NCBI RefSeq assembly: GCF_009914755.1
Contig: NC_060927.1
Direction: 5' to 3' (one strand)
Source of the DNA: the human T2T-CHM13v2.0 reference genome, Homo sapiens
DNA length: 64,000 nucleotides
Below the pieces are notes generated by a model, which was not told where the DNA came from, did not search any database, and worked only from the letters and a program-made list of their open reading frames with translations. The position numbers were made by a program, and so were the translations under genes. How positions within the stretch are numbered: the first letter of the stretch is position 1; the number at the start of each line of letters is the position of its first letter. Positions 11,801 through 26,100 of this stretch are shown here, in pieces.

Positions 11801-14800
11801 CATACGAAGATATTTCCTTTTCTACCATTGGCCTCAAAGCTCTGAAATCTCCACTTGCAAATTCCACAAAAAGAGAGTTTCAAATCTGCTGTTTCTAAAG
11901 GAAAGTTCAACTCTGAGAGTTGAATACACACCAGAAAAAGCAGTTACTGAGAAGTCTTCTGTCTAGCATTATATGAAGAAATCCCATTTCCAACGAAGAC
12001 TTCAAAGAGGTCCAAATATCCACTTGCAGATTCTGCAAAAAGAGTGTTTCGAAACAACTGTATGAAAAGAAAGGTTAAACACTGTGAGTTGAACGCACAC
12101 ATTGCAAAGCAGTTTCTGAGAATGATTCCGTCTAATTATTATACGAAGGTATTTCCTTTTCTATCATTGGCCTCAAAGCGCTTGATACCTCCACCTGAAA
12201 ATTCCACAAAAAGAGTGTTTCCAATCTACTCTGTCTAAAGGAACGTTCAACTCTGTGAGTTGAATACACACACACAGAAAGAATTCACTGAGAATTCTTC
12301 TGTCTGGCATTACATGAAGAAATCCCGTTTCCAACGAAGGCCTCAAAGAGGTCCAAATATCCACTTGCAGATTCTGCAAAAAGAGTGTTTCAAAACCGCT
12401 CCATTAAAAGGAATGTTGAACTCTGTGAGTTGAATGCAAACATCACAACTCAGTTGCTGAGAATGCTTCTGACTAGATTTTATGGTAAGATATTTCCTTT
12501 TCTACCGTAGGCTTCAATGCCCTCTAAATACACCCTTGCAAATTCTACAAAGAGACTGTTTCATAACTGCTCTACAGGAAGAAAGGTTCAACTCTGTGAG
12601 TTGAATGCAGAGATCACAACGTGGTTTCTGCGAATGATTCTTTGTAGTTTTTACATGAAGATATTTCGTTGTCAACCGTAGGCTTCAAAGCACTCAAAGT
12701 ATTCACTTGGAACTTTTACAAAAAGAGTGTTAGAAAACTGCTCTTTCCAAAGTAAGGTTCAACTCTGTGAGTTGAATGCACACATAACAATCAAGAAGTT
12801 TCTGAGAATTCTTCTGTCCTGGTTTATATGAAAAAATCCCGTTTCCAACGAAGGCCTCAAAGACGTTTAAATATCCACTTGCAGACTTCACAAACAGAGG
12901 GTTTCCAAACTGCTCTATGAAAAGAAAGGTTAAACTCTGTGAGCTGAACGCACACATCACAAAGTAGCTTCTGAGAATGATACTGTCTAGTTTTTATACG
13001 AAGATATTTCCTTTCTACCATTGGCGTCAAAGCGCTAGAATTCTCCACTTGCAAATTCCACAAAAAGAGTGTTTCCAATCTGCTCTGTCTAAAGGAAGGT
13101 TCAACTCTGTGAGTTGAATACACACACACAAAGAAGCTACTGAGAATTCTTTTGTCAAGAATTATAAGAAGAAATCCCGTTTCCAACGAAGGCCTCAAAG
13201 AGTTCCAAATATCCACTTGCACACTGCACAAACTAAGTCTTTCCAAACTGCTCTATGCAAAGAAATGTTCAACTCTGTGAGTTTAATACACACATCACAA
13301 AGCAGTTTCTGAGAATGATACTGTCTAGTTTTTATACGAAGATATTTCCTTTTGTACCATTGGCCTCATACTGCTAGAATTTTCCACTTGCAAATTCCAC
13401 AAAAAGAGTGTTTCCAATCCGCTCTGTCTAAAGAAAGGTTCAACTCTCTGATTTGAATACATACATCCCAAAAGAAGTTACTGAGAATTCTTCTGTCTAG
13501 CATTATGTGAAGAAATCCCGTTTCCAACGAAAGCCTCAAAGAGGTCCAAATATCCAGTTGCAGAATTTACAAACTGACTGTTTCCAAACTCATCTATGAA
13601 AAGAAAGGTTAAACTCTGTGAGTTGAATGCACATATCACAAAGTAGTTCCTGAGAATGATTCTGTCTAGTTTTTATACGAAGATATTTCCTTTTCCACCA
13701 ATGGCCTCAAAGTGCTTGAAATCTCCCCTTGCAAATTCCACAGACAAGTGTTTCAAATCTGCACTGTCTAAAGGAAGGTTCAACCCTGTGAGTTGAATAC
13801 ACACACACAGAAAAAAATTCACTGAGAATTCTATTGTCTATCATTACACGAAGAAATCCCGTTTACTACGAAGGCCTCAAAGAGGTCCAAATATCCAGCT
13901 GCAGACATTACAAACTGAGTGTTTCCAAAGTGCTCTATGAAAAGAAGTGTTAAACACTGTGAGTTCAATGCACACATCCCAAAGCAGTTTCTGAGAATGA
14001 TTCCGTCTATTTTTTCTACGAAGATATTTCCTTTTCTGCCGTTGGCCTCAAAGCGCTTGAAATCTCCACTTGCAAATTCCACAAAAAGAGAGTTTCAAAT
14101 CTGCTCTGTCTAAAGGAAGGTTCAACTCTGTGAGTTGAATACACACCACAAAAAGAAGTTACTGAGAATTCTTCTGTCTAGCATTATATGAAAAATCCCG
14201 TTTCCAACGAAGGCCACAAAGAGGTCCAAATATCCACTTGCAGATTCTGCAAAAAGAGTGTTTCCAAACTGCTCTATGAAAAGAAACGTTAAACTCTGTG
14301 AGTTGAACGCAAACATCACAAAGTAGTTTCTGAGAATGACTCCGTCTAGTTTTTATACGAAGATATTTCCTTTCCTACCATTCACTTCAAAGCGCTTGAA
14401 GTCTCCCCCTGAAAATTCCACAAAAAGTGTTTCCAATCTGCTCCGCCTAAAGGAAGCTTCAACTCTGTGACTTGAATACCCACAACCCAAAGAAGTTACT
14501 GAGAATTCTTCTGTCTAGCATTATATGAAGAAATCCCGTTTCCAACGAAGGCCTCAAATACATCCAAATATCCAGTTGCTGACTTTACAAACTGAGTGTT
14601 TCCAAACTGCTCTATGAAAAGAAAGGTTAAACACTGTGAGTTGAACACACACGTACCAAAGTAGTTTCTGAGAATGATTCTGTCTAGTTTGCATACGAAG
14701 ATATTTCCTTTTCTACCATTGGCCTCAAAGCTCTGAAATCTCCACTTGCAAATTCCACAAAAAGAGAGTTTCAAATCTGCTGTTTCTAAAGGAAAGTTCA

Positions 14801-17800
14801 ACTCTGAGAGTTGAATACACACCAGAAAAAGCAGTTACTGAGAAGTCTTCTGTCTAGCATTATATGAAGAAATCCCATTTCCAACGAAGACTTCAAAGAG
14901 GTCCAAATATCCACTTGCAGATTCTGCAAAAAGAGTGTTTCGAAACAACTGTATGAAAAGAAAGGTTAAACACTGTGAGTTGAACGCACACATTGCAAAG
15001 CAGTTTCTGAGAATGATTCCGTCTAATTATTATACGAAGGTATTTCCTTTTCTATCATTGGCCTCAAAGCGCTTGATACCTCCACCTGAAAATTCCACAA
15101 AAAGAGTGTTTCCAATCTACTCTGTCTAAAGGAACGTTCAACTCTGTGAGTTGAATACACACACACAGAAAGAATTCACTGAGAATTCTTCTGTCTGGCA
15201 TTACATGAAGAAATCCCGTTTCCAACGAAGGCCTCAAAGAGGTCCAAATATCCACTTGCAGATTCTGCAAAAAGAGTGTTTCAAAACCGCTCCATTAAAA
15301 GGAATGTTGAACTCTGTGAGTTGAATGCAAACATCACAACTCAGTTGCTGAGAATGCTTCTGACTAGATTTTATGGTAAGATATTTCCTTTTCTACCGTA
15401 GGCTTCAATGCCCTCTAAATACACCCTTGCAAATTCTACAAAGAGACTGTTTCATAACTGCTCTATAGGAAGAAAGGTTCAACTCTGTGAGTTGAATGCA
15501 GAGATCACAACGTGGTTTCTGCGAATGATTCTTTGTAGTTTTTACATGAAGATATTTCGTTGTCAACCGTAGGCTTCAAAGCACTCAAAGTATTCACTTG
15601 GAACTTTTACAAAAAGAGTGTTAGAAAACTGCTCTTTCCAAAGTAAGGTTCAACTCTGTGAGTTGAATGCACACATAACAATCAAGAAGTTTCTGAGAAT
15701 TCTTCTGTCCTGGTTTATATGAAGAAATCCCGTTTCCAACGAAGGCCTCAAAGACGTTTAAATATCCACTTGCAGACTTCACAAACAGAGGGTTTCCAAA
15801 CTGCTCTATGAAAAAAAAGGTTAAACTCTGTGAGTTGAACGCACACATCACAAAGTAGCTTCTGAGAATGATACTGTCTAGTTTTTATACGAAGATATTT
15901 CCTTTCTACCATTGGCGTCAAAGCGCTAGAATTCTCCACTTGCAAATTCCACAAAAAGAGTGTTTCCAATCTGCTCTGTCTAAAGGAAGGTTCAACTCTG
16001 TGAGTTGAATACACACACACAAAGAAGCTACTGAGAATTCTTTTGTCAAGAATTACAAGAAGAAATCCCGTTTCCAACGAAGGCCTCAAAGAGTTCCAAA
16101 TATCCACTTGCACACTGCACAAACTAAGTCTTTCCAAACTGCTCTATGCAAAGAAATGTTCAACTCTGTGAGTTTAATACGCACATCACAAAGCAGTTTC
16201 TGAGAATGATACTGTCTAGTTTTTATACGAAGATATTTCCTTTTGTACCATTGGCCTCATACTGCTAGAATTTTCCACTTGCAAATTCCACAAAAAGAGT
16301 GTTTCCAATCCGCTCTGTCTAAAGGAAGGTTCAACTCTCTGATTTGAATACATACATCCCAAAAGAAGTTCCTGAGAATTCTTCTGTCTAGCATTATGTG
16401 AAGAAATCCCGTTTCCAACGAAAGCCTCAAAGAGGTCCAAATATCCAGTTGCAGAATTTACAAACTGACTGTTTCCAAACTCATCTATGAAAAGAAAGGT
16501 TAAACTCTGGGAGTTGAATGCACATATCACAAAGTAGTTCCTGAGAATGATTCTGTCTAGTTTTCATACGAAGATATTTCCTTTTCCACCAATGGCCTCA
16601 AAGTGCTTGAAATCTCCCCTTGCAAATTCCACAGACAAGTGTTTCAAATCTGCACTGTCTAAAGGAAGGTTCAACCCTGTGAGTTGAATACACACACACA
16701 GAAAAAAATTCACTGAGAATTCTATTGTCTATCATTACACGAAGAAATCCCGTTTACTACGAAGGCCTCAAAGAGGTCCAAATATCCAGCTGCAGACATT
16801 ACAAACTGAGTGTTTCCAAAGTGCTCTATGAAAAGAAGTGTTAAACACTGTGAGTTCAATGCACACATCCCAAAGCAGTTTCTGAGAATGATTCCGTCTA
16901 TTTTTTCTACGAAGATATTTCCTTTTCTGCCGTTGGCCTCAAAGCGCTTGAAATCTCCACTTGCAAATTCCACAAAAAGAGAGTTTCAAATCTGCTCTGT
17001 CTAAAGGAAGGTTCAACTCTGTGAGTTGAATACACACCACAAAAAGAAGTTACTGAGAATTCTTCTGTCTAGCATTATATGAAAAATCCCGTTTCCAACG
17101 AAGGCCACAAAGAGGTCCAAATATCCACTTGCAGATTCTGCAAAAAGAGTGTTTCCAAACTGCTCTATGAAAAGAAACGTTAAACTCTGTGAGTTGAACG
17201 CAAACATCACAAAGTAGTTTCTGAGAATGACTCCGTCTAGTTTTTATACGAAGATATTTCCTTTCCTACCATTCACTTCAAAGCGCTTGAAGTCTCCCCC
17301 TGAAAATTCCACAAAAAGTGTTTCCAATCTGCTCCGCCTAAAGGAAGCTTCAACTCTGTGACTTGAATACCCACAACCCAAAGAAGTTACTGAGAATTCT
17401 TCTGTCTAGCATTATATGAAGAAATCCCGTTTCCAACGAAGGCCTCAAATACATCCAAATATCCAGTTGCTGACTTTACAAACTGAGTGTTTCCAAACTG
17501 CTCTATGAAAAGAAAGGTTAAACACTGTGAGTTGAACACACACGTACCAAAGTAGTTTCTGAGAATGATTCTGTCTAGTTTGCATACGAAGATATTTCCT
17601 TTTCTACCATTGGCCTCAAAGCTCTGAAATCTCCACTTGCAAATTCCACAAAAAGAGAGTTTCAAATCTGCTGTTTCTAAAGGAAAGTTCAACTCTGAGA
17701 GTTGAATACACACCAGAAAAAGCAGTTACTGAGAAGTCTTCTGTCTAGCATTATATGAAGAAATCCCATTTCCAACGAAGACTTCAAAGAGGTCCAAATA

Positions 17801-20800
17801 TCCACTTGCAGATTCTGCAAAAAGAGTGTTTCGAAACAACTGTATGAAAAGAAAGGTTAAACACTGTGAGTTGAACGCACACATTGCAAAGCAGTTTCTG
17901 AGAATGATTCCGTCTAATTATTATACGAAGGTATTTCCTTTTCTATCATTGGCCTCAAAGCGCTTGATACCTCCACCTGAAAATTCCACAAAAAGAGTGT
18001 TTCCAATCTACTCTGTCTAAAGGAACGTTCAACTCTGTGAGTTGAATACACACACACAGAAAGAATTCACTGAGAATTCTTCTGTCTGGCATTACATGAA
18101 GAAATCCCGTTTCCAACGAAGGCCTCAAAGAGGTCCAAATATCCACTTGCAGATTCTGCAAAAAGAGTGTTTCAAAACCGCTCCATTAAAAGGAATGTTG
18201 AACTCTGTGAGTTGAATGCAAACATCACAACTCAGTTGCTGAGAATGCTTCTGACTAGATTTTATGGTAAGATATTTCCTTTTCTACCGTAGGCTTCAAT
18301 GCCCTCTAAATACACCCTTGCAAATTCTACAAAGAGACTGTTTCATAACTGCTCTATAGGAAGAAAGGTTCAACTCTGTGAGTTGAATGCAGAGATCACA
18401 ACGTGGTTTCTGCGAATGATTCTTTGTAGTTTTTACATGAAGATATTTCGTTGTCAACCGTAGGGTTCAAAGCACTCAAAGTATTCACTTGGAACTTTTA
18501 CAAAAAGAGTGTTAGAAAACTGCTCTTTCCAAAGTAAGGTTCAACTCTGTGAGTTGAATGCACACATAACAATCAAGAAGTTTCTGAGAATTCTTCTGTC
18601 CTGGTTTATATGAAAAAATCCCGTTTCCAACGAAGGCCTCAAAGACGTTTAAATATCCACTTGCAGACTTCACAAACAGAGGGTTTCCAAACTGCTCTAT
18701 GAAAACAAAGGTTAAACTCTGTGAGTTGAACGCACACATCACAAAGTAGCTTCTGAGAATGATACTGTCTAGTTTTTATACGAAGATATTTCCTTTCTAC
18801 CATTGGCGTCAAAGCACTAGAATTCTCCACTTGCAAATTCCACAAAAAGAGTGTTTCCAATCTGCTCTGTCTAAAGGAAGGTTCAACTCTGTGAGTTGAA
18901 TACACACACACAAAGAAGCTACTGAGAATTCTTTTGTCAAGAATTATAAGAAGAAATCCCGTTTCCAACGAAGGCCTCAAAGAGTTCCAAATATCCACTT
19001 GCACACTGCACAAACTAAGTCTTTCCAAACTGCTCTATGCAAAGAAATGTTCAACTCTGTGAGTTTAATACACACATCACAAAGCAGTTTCTGAGAATGA
19101 TACTGTCTAGTTTTTATACGAAGATATTTCCTTTTGTACCATTGGCCTCATACTGCTAGAATTTTCCACTTGCAAATTCCACAAAAAGAGTGTTTCCAAT
19201 CCGCTCTGTCTAAAGGAAGGTTCAACTCTCTGATTTGAATCCATGCATCCTAAAAGAATTTACTGAGAATTCTTCTGTCTAGCATTATGTGAAGAAATCC
19301 CGTTTCCAACGAAAGCCTCAAAGAGGTCCAAATATCCAGTTGCAGAATTTACAAACTGACTGTTTCCAAACTCATCTATGAAAAGAAAGGTTAAACTCTG
19401 GGAGTTGAATGCACATATCACAAAGTAGTTCCTGAGAATGATTCTGTCTAGTTTTTATACGAAGATATTTCCTTTTCCACCAATGGCCTCAAAGTGCTTG
19501 AAATCTCCCCTTGCAAATTCCACAGACAAGTGTTTCAAATCTGCACTGTCTAAAGGAAGGTTCAACCCTGTGAGTTGAATACACACACACAGAAAAAAAT
19601 TCACTGAGAATTCTATTGTCTATCATTACACGAAGAAATCCCGTTTACTACGAAGGCCTCAAAGAGGTCCAAATATCCAGCTGCAGACATTACAAACTGA
19701 GTGTTTCCAAAGTGCTCTATGAAAAGAAGTGTTAAACACTGTGAGTTCAATGCACACATCCCAAAGCAGTTTCTGAGAATGATTCCGTCTATTTTTTCTA
19801 CGAAGATATTTCCTTTTCTGCCGTTGGCCTCAAAGCGCTTGAAATCTCCACTTGCAAATTCCACAAAAAGAGAGTTTCAAATCTGCTCTGTCTAAAGGAA
19901 GGTTCAACTCTGTGAGTTGAATACACACCACAAAAAGAAGTTACTGAGAATTCTTCTGTCTAGCATTATATGAAAAATCCCGTTTCCAACGAAGGCCACA
20001 AAGAGGTCCAAATATCCACTTGCAGATTCTGCAAAAAGAGTGTTTCCAAACTGCTCTATGAAAAGAAACGTTAAACTCTGTGAGTTGAACGCAAACATCA
20101 CAAAGTAGTTTCTGAGAATGACTCCGTCTAGTTTTTATACGAAGATATTTCCTTTCCTACCACTCACTTCAAAGCGCTTGAAGTCTCCCCCTGAAAATTC
20201 CACAAAAAGTGTTTCCAATCTGCTCCGCCTAAAGGAAGCTTCAACTCTGTGACTTGAATACCCACAACCCAAAGAAGTTACTGAGAATTCTTCTGTCTAG
20301 CATTATATGAAGAAATCCCGTTTCCAACGAAGGCCTCAAATACATCCAAATATCCAGTTGCTGACTTTACAAACTGAGTGTTTCCAAACTGCTCTATGAA
20401 AAGAAAGGTTAAACACTGTGAGTTGAACACACACGTACCAAAGTAGTTTCTGAGAATGATTCTGTCTAGTTTGCATACGAAGATATTTCCTTTTCTACCA
20501 TTGGCCTCAAAGCTCTGAAATCTCCACTTGCAAATTCCACAAAAAGAGAGTTTCAAATCTGCTGTTTCTAAAGGAAAGTTCAACTCTGAGAGTTGAATAC
20601 ACACCAGAAAAAGCAGTTACTGAGAAGTCTTCTGTCTAGCATTATATGAAGAAATCCCATTTCCAACGAAGACTTCAAAGAGGTCCAAATATCCACTTGC
20701 AGATTCTGCAAAAAGAGTGTTTCGAAACAACTGTATGAAAAGAAAGGTTAAACACTGTGAGTTGAACGCACACATTGCAAAGCAGTTTCTGAGAATGATT

Positions 20801-23128
20801 CCGTCTAATTATTATACGAAGGTATTTCCTTTTCTATCATTGGCCTCAAAGCGCTTGATACCTCCACCTGAAAATTCCACAAAAAGAGTGTTTCCAATCT
20901 ACTCTGTCTAAAGGAACGTTCAACTCTGTGAGTTGAATACACACACACAGAAAGAATTCACTGAGAATTCTTCTGTCTGGCATTACATGAAGAAATCCCG
21001 TTTCCAACGAAGGCCTCAAAGAGGTCCAAATATCCACTTGCAGATTCTGCAAAAAGAGTGTTTCAAAACCGCTCCATTAAAAGGAATGTTGAACTCTGTG
21101 AGTTGAATGCAAACATCACAACTCAGTTGCTGAGAATGCTTCTGACTAGATTTTATGGTAAGATATTTCCTTTTCTACCGTAGGCTTCAATGCCCTCTAA
21201 ATACACCCTTGCAAATTCTACAAAGAGACTGTTTCATAACTGCTCTATAGGAAGAAAGGTTCAACTCTGTGAGTTGAATGCAGAGATCACAACGTGGTTT
21301 CTGCGAATGATTCTTTGTAGTTTTTACATGAAGATATTTCGTTGTCAACCGTAGGCTTCAAAGCACTCAAAGTATTCACTTGGAACTTTTACAAAAAGAG
21401 TGTTAGAAAACTGCTCTTTCCAAAGTAAGGTTCAACTCTGTGAGTTGAATGCACACATAACAATCAAGAAGTTTCTGAGAATTCTTCTGTCCTGGTTTAT
21501 ATGAAAAAATCCCGTTTCCAATGAAGGCCTCAAAGACGTTTAAATATCCACTTGCAGACTTCACAAACAGAGGGTTTCCAAACTGCTCTATGAAAAGAAA
21601 GGTTAAACTCTGTGAGTTGAACGCACACATCACAAAGTAGCTTCTGAGAATGATACTGTCTAGTTTTTATACGAAGATATTTCCTTTCTACCATTGGCGT
21701 CAAAGCGCTAGAATTCTCCACTTGCAAATTCCACAAAAAGAGTGTTTCCAATCTGCTCTGTCTAAAGGAAGGTTCAACTCTGTGAGTTGAATACACACAC
21801 ACAAAGAAGCTACTGAGAATTCTTTTGTCAAGAATTATAAGAAGAAATCCCGTTTCCAACGAAGGCCTCAAAGAGTTCCAAATATCCACTTGCACACTGC
21901 ACAAACTAAGTCTTTCCAAACTGCTCTATGCAAAGAAATGTTCAACTCTGTGAGTTTAATACACACATCACAAAGCAGTTTCTGAGAATGATACTGTCTA
22001 GTTTTTATACGAAGATATTTCCTTTTGTACCATTGGCCTCATACTGCTAGAATTTTCCACTTGCAAATTCCACAAAAAGAGTGTTTCCAATCCGCTCTGT
22101 CTAAAGGAAGGTTCAACTCTCTGATTTGAATACATACATCCCAAAAGAAGTTACTGAGAATTCTTCTGTCTAGCATTATGTGAAGAAATCCCGTTTCCAA
22201 CGAAAGCCTCAAAGAGGTCCAAATATCCAGTTGCAGAATTTACAAACTGACTGTTTCCAAACTCATCGATGAAAAGAAAGGTTAAACTCTGTGAGTTGAA
22301 TGCACATATCACAAAGTAGTTCCTGAGAATGATTCTGTCTAGTTTTTATACGAAGATATTTCCTTTTCCACCAATGGCCTCAAAGTGCTTGAAATCTCCC
22401 CTTGCAAATTCCACAGACAAGTGTTTCAAATCTGCACTGTCTAAAGGAAGGTTCAACCCTGTGAGTTGAATACACACACACTGAAAAAAATTCACTGAGA
22501 ATTCTATTGTCTATCATTACAGGAAGAAATCCCGTTTACTACGAAGGCCTCAAAGAGGTCCAAATATCCAGCTGCAGACATTACAAACTGAGTGTTTCCA
22601 AAGTGCTCTATGAAAAGAAGTGTTAAACACTGTGAGTTCAATGCACACATCCCAAAGCAGTTTCTGAGAATGATTCCGTCTATTTTTTCTACGAAGATAT
22701 TTCCTTTTCTGCCGTTGGCCTCAAAGCGCTTGAAATCTCCACTTGCAAATTCCACAAAAAGAGAGTTTCAAATCTGCTCTGTCTAAAGGAAGGTTCAACT
22801 CTGTGAGTTGAATACACACCACAAAAAGAAGTTACTGAGAATTCTTCTGTCTAGCATTATATGAAAAATCCCGTTTCCAACGAAGGCCACAAAGAGGTCC
22901 AAATATCCACTTGCAGATTCTGCAAAAAGAGTGTTTCCAAACTGCTCTATGAAAAGAAACGTTAAACTCTGTGAGTTGAACGCAAACATCACAAAGTAGT
23001 TTCTGAGAATGACTCCGTCTAGTTTTTATACGAAGATATTTCCTTTCCTACCATTCACTTCAAAGCGCTTGAAGTCTCCCCCTGAAAATTCCACAAAAAG
23101 TGTTTCCAATCTGCTCCGCCTAAAGGAA

Positions 23129-26100
23129 GCTTCAACTCTGTGACTTGAATACCCACAACCCAAAGAAGTTACTGAGAATTCTTCTGTCTAGCATTATATG
23201 AAGAAATCCCGTTTCCAACGAAGGCCTCAAATACATCCAAATATCCAGTTGCTGACTTTACAAACTGAGTGTTTCCAAACTGCTCTATGAAAAGAAAGGT
23301 TAAACACTGTGAGTTGAACACACACGTACCAAAGTAGTTTCTGAGAATGATTCTGTCTAGTTTGCATACGAAGATATTTCCTTTTCTACCATTGGCCTCA
23401 AAGCTCTGAAATCTCCACTTGCAAATTCCACAAAAAGAGAGTTTCAAATCTGCTGTTTCTAAAGGAAAGTTCAACTCTGAGAGTTGAATACACACCAGAA
23501 AAAGCAGTTACTGAGAAGTCTTCTGTCTAGCATTATATGAAGAAATCCCATTTCCAACGAAGACTTCAAAGAGGTCCAAATATCCACTTGCAGATTCTGC
23601 AAAAAGAGTGTTTCGAAACAACTGTATGAAAAGAAAGGTTAAACACTGTGAGTTGAACGCACACATTGCAAAGCAGTTTCTGAGAATGATTCCGTCTAAT
23701 TATTATACGAAGGTATTTCCTTTTCTATCATTGGCCTCAAAGCGCTTGATACCTCCACCTGAAAATTCCACAAAAAGAGTGTTTCCAATCTACTCTGTCT
23801 AAAGGAACGTTCAACTCTGTGAGTTGAATACACACACACAGAAAGAATTCACTGAGAATTCTTCTGTCTGGCATTACATGAAGAAATCCCGTTTCCAACG
23901 AAGGCCTCAAAGAGGTCCAAATATCCACTTGCAGATTCTGCAAAAAGAGTGTTTCAAAACCGCTCCATTAAAAGGAATGTTGAACTCTGTGAGTTGAATG
24001 CAAACATCACAACTCAGTTGCTGAGAATGCTTCTGACTAGATTTTATGGTAAGATATTTCCTTTTCTACCGTAGGCTTCAATGCCCTCTAAATACACCCT
24101 TGCAAATTCTACAAAGAGACTGTTTCATAACTGCTCTATAGGAAGAAAGGTTCAACTCTGTGAGTTGAATGCAGAGATCACAACGTGGTTTCTGCGAATG
24201 ATTCTTTGTAGTTTTTACATGAAGATATTTCGTTGTCAACCGTAGGCTTCAAAGCACTCAAAGTATTCACTTGGAACTTTTACAAAAAGAGTGTTAGAAA
24301 ACTGCTCTTTCCAAAGTAAGGTTCAACTCTGTGAGTTGAATGCACACATAACAATCAAGAAGTTTCTGAGAATTCTTCTGTCCTGGTTTATATGAAGAAA
24401 TCCCGTTTCCAACGAAGGCCTCAAAGACGTTTAAATATCCACTTGCAGACTTCACAAACAGAGGGTTTCCAAACTGCTCTATGAAAAAAAAGGTTAAACT
24501 CTGTGAGTTGAACGCACACATCACAAAGTAGCTTCTGAGAATGATACTGTCTAGTTTTTATACGAAGATATTTCCTTTCTACCACTGGCGTCAAAGCGCT
24601 AGAATTCTCCACTTGCAAATTCCACAAAAAGAGTGTTTCCAATCTGCTCTGTCTAAAGGAAGGTTCAACTCTGTGAGTTGAATACACACACACAAAGAAT
24701 CTACTGAGAATTCTTTTGTCAAGAATTACAAGAAGAAATCCCGTTTCCAACGAAGGCCTCAAAGAGTTCCAAATATCCACTTGCACACTGCACAAACTAA
24801 GTCTTTCCAAACTGCTCTATGCAAAGAAATGTTCAACTCTGCGAGTTTAATACGCACATCACAAAGCAGTTTCTGAGAATGATACTGTCTAGTTTTTATA
24901 CGAAGATATTTCCTTTTGTACCATTGGCCTCATACTGCTAGAATTTTCCACTTGCAAATTCCACAAAAAGAGTGTTTCCAATCCGCTCTGTCTAAAGGAA
25001 GGTTCAACTCTCTGATTTGAATACATACATCCCAAAAGAAGTTACTGAGAATTCTTCTGTCTAGCATTATGTGAAGAAATCCCGTTTCCAACGAAAGCCT
25101 CAAAGAGGTCCAAATATCCAGTTGCAGAATTTACAAACTGACTGTTTCCAAACTCATCTATGAAAAGAAAGGTTAAACTCTGGGAGTTGAATGCACATAT
25201 CACAAAGTAGTTCCTGAGAATGATTCTGTCTAGTTTTCATACGAAGATATTTCCTTTTCCACCAATGGCCTCAAAGTGCTTGAAATCTCCCCTTGCAAAT
25301 TCCACAGACAAGTGTTTCAAATCTGCACTGTCTAAAGGAAGGTTCAACCCTGTGAGTTGAATACACACACACAGAAAAAAATTCACTGAGAATTCTATTG
25401 TCTATCATTACACGAAGAAATCCCGTTTACTACGAAGGCCTCAAAGAGGTCCAAATATCCAGCTGCAGACATTACAAACTGAGTGTTTCCAAAGTGCTCT
25501 ATGAAAAGAAGTGTTAAACACTGTGAGTTCAATGCACACATCCCAAAGCAGTTTCTGAGAATGATTCCGTCTATTTTTTCTACAAAGATATTTCCTTTTC
25601 TGCCGTTGGCCTCAAAGCGCTTGAAATCTCCACTTGCAAATTCCACAAAAAGAGAGTTTCAAATCTGCTCTGTCTAAAGGAAGGTTCAACTCTGTGAGTT
25701 GAATACACACCACAAAAAGAAGTTACTGAGAATTCTTCTGTCTAGCATTATATGAAAAATCCCGTTTCCAACGAAGGCCACAAAGAGGTCCAAATATCCA
25801 CTTGCAGATTCTGCAAAAAGAGTGTTTCCAAACTGCTCTATGAAAAGAAACGTTAAACTCTGTGAGTTGAACGCAAACATCACAAAGTAGTTTCTGAGAA
25901 TGACTCTGTCTAGTTTTTATACGAAGATATTTCCTTTCCTACCATTCACTTCAAAGCGCTTGAAGTCTCCCCCTGAAAATTCCACAAAAAGTGTTTCCAA
26001 TCTGCTCCGCCTAAAGGAAGCTTCAACTCTGTGACTTGAATACCCACAACCCAAAGAAGTTACTGAGAATTCTTCTGTCTAGCATTATATGAAGAAATCC

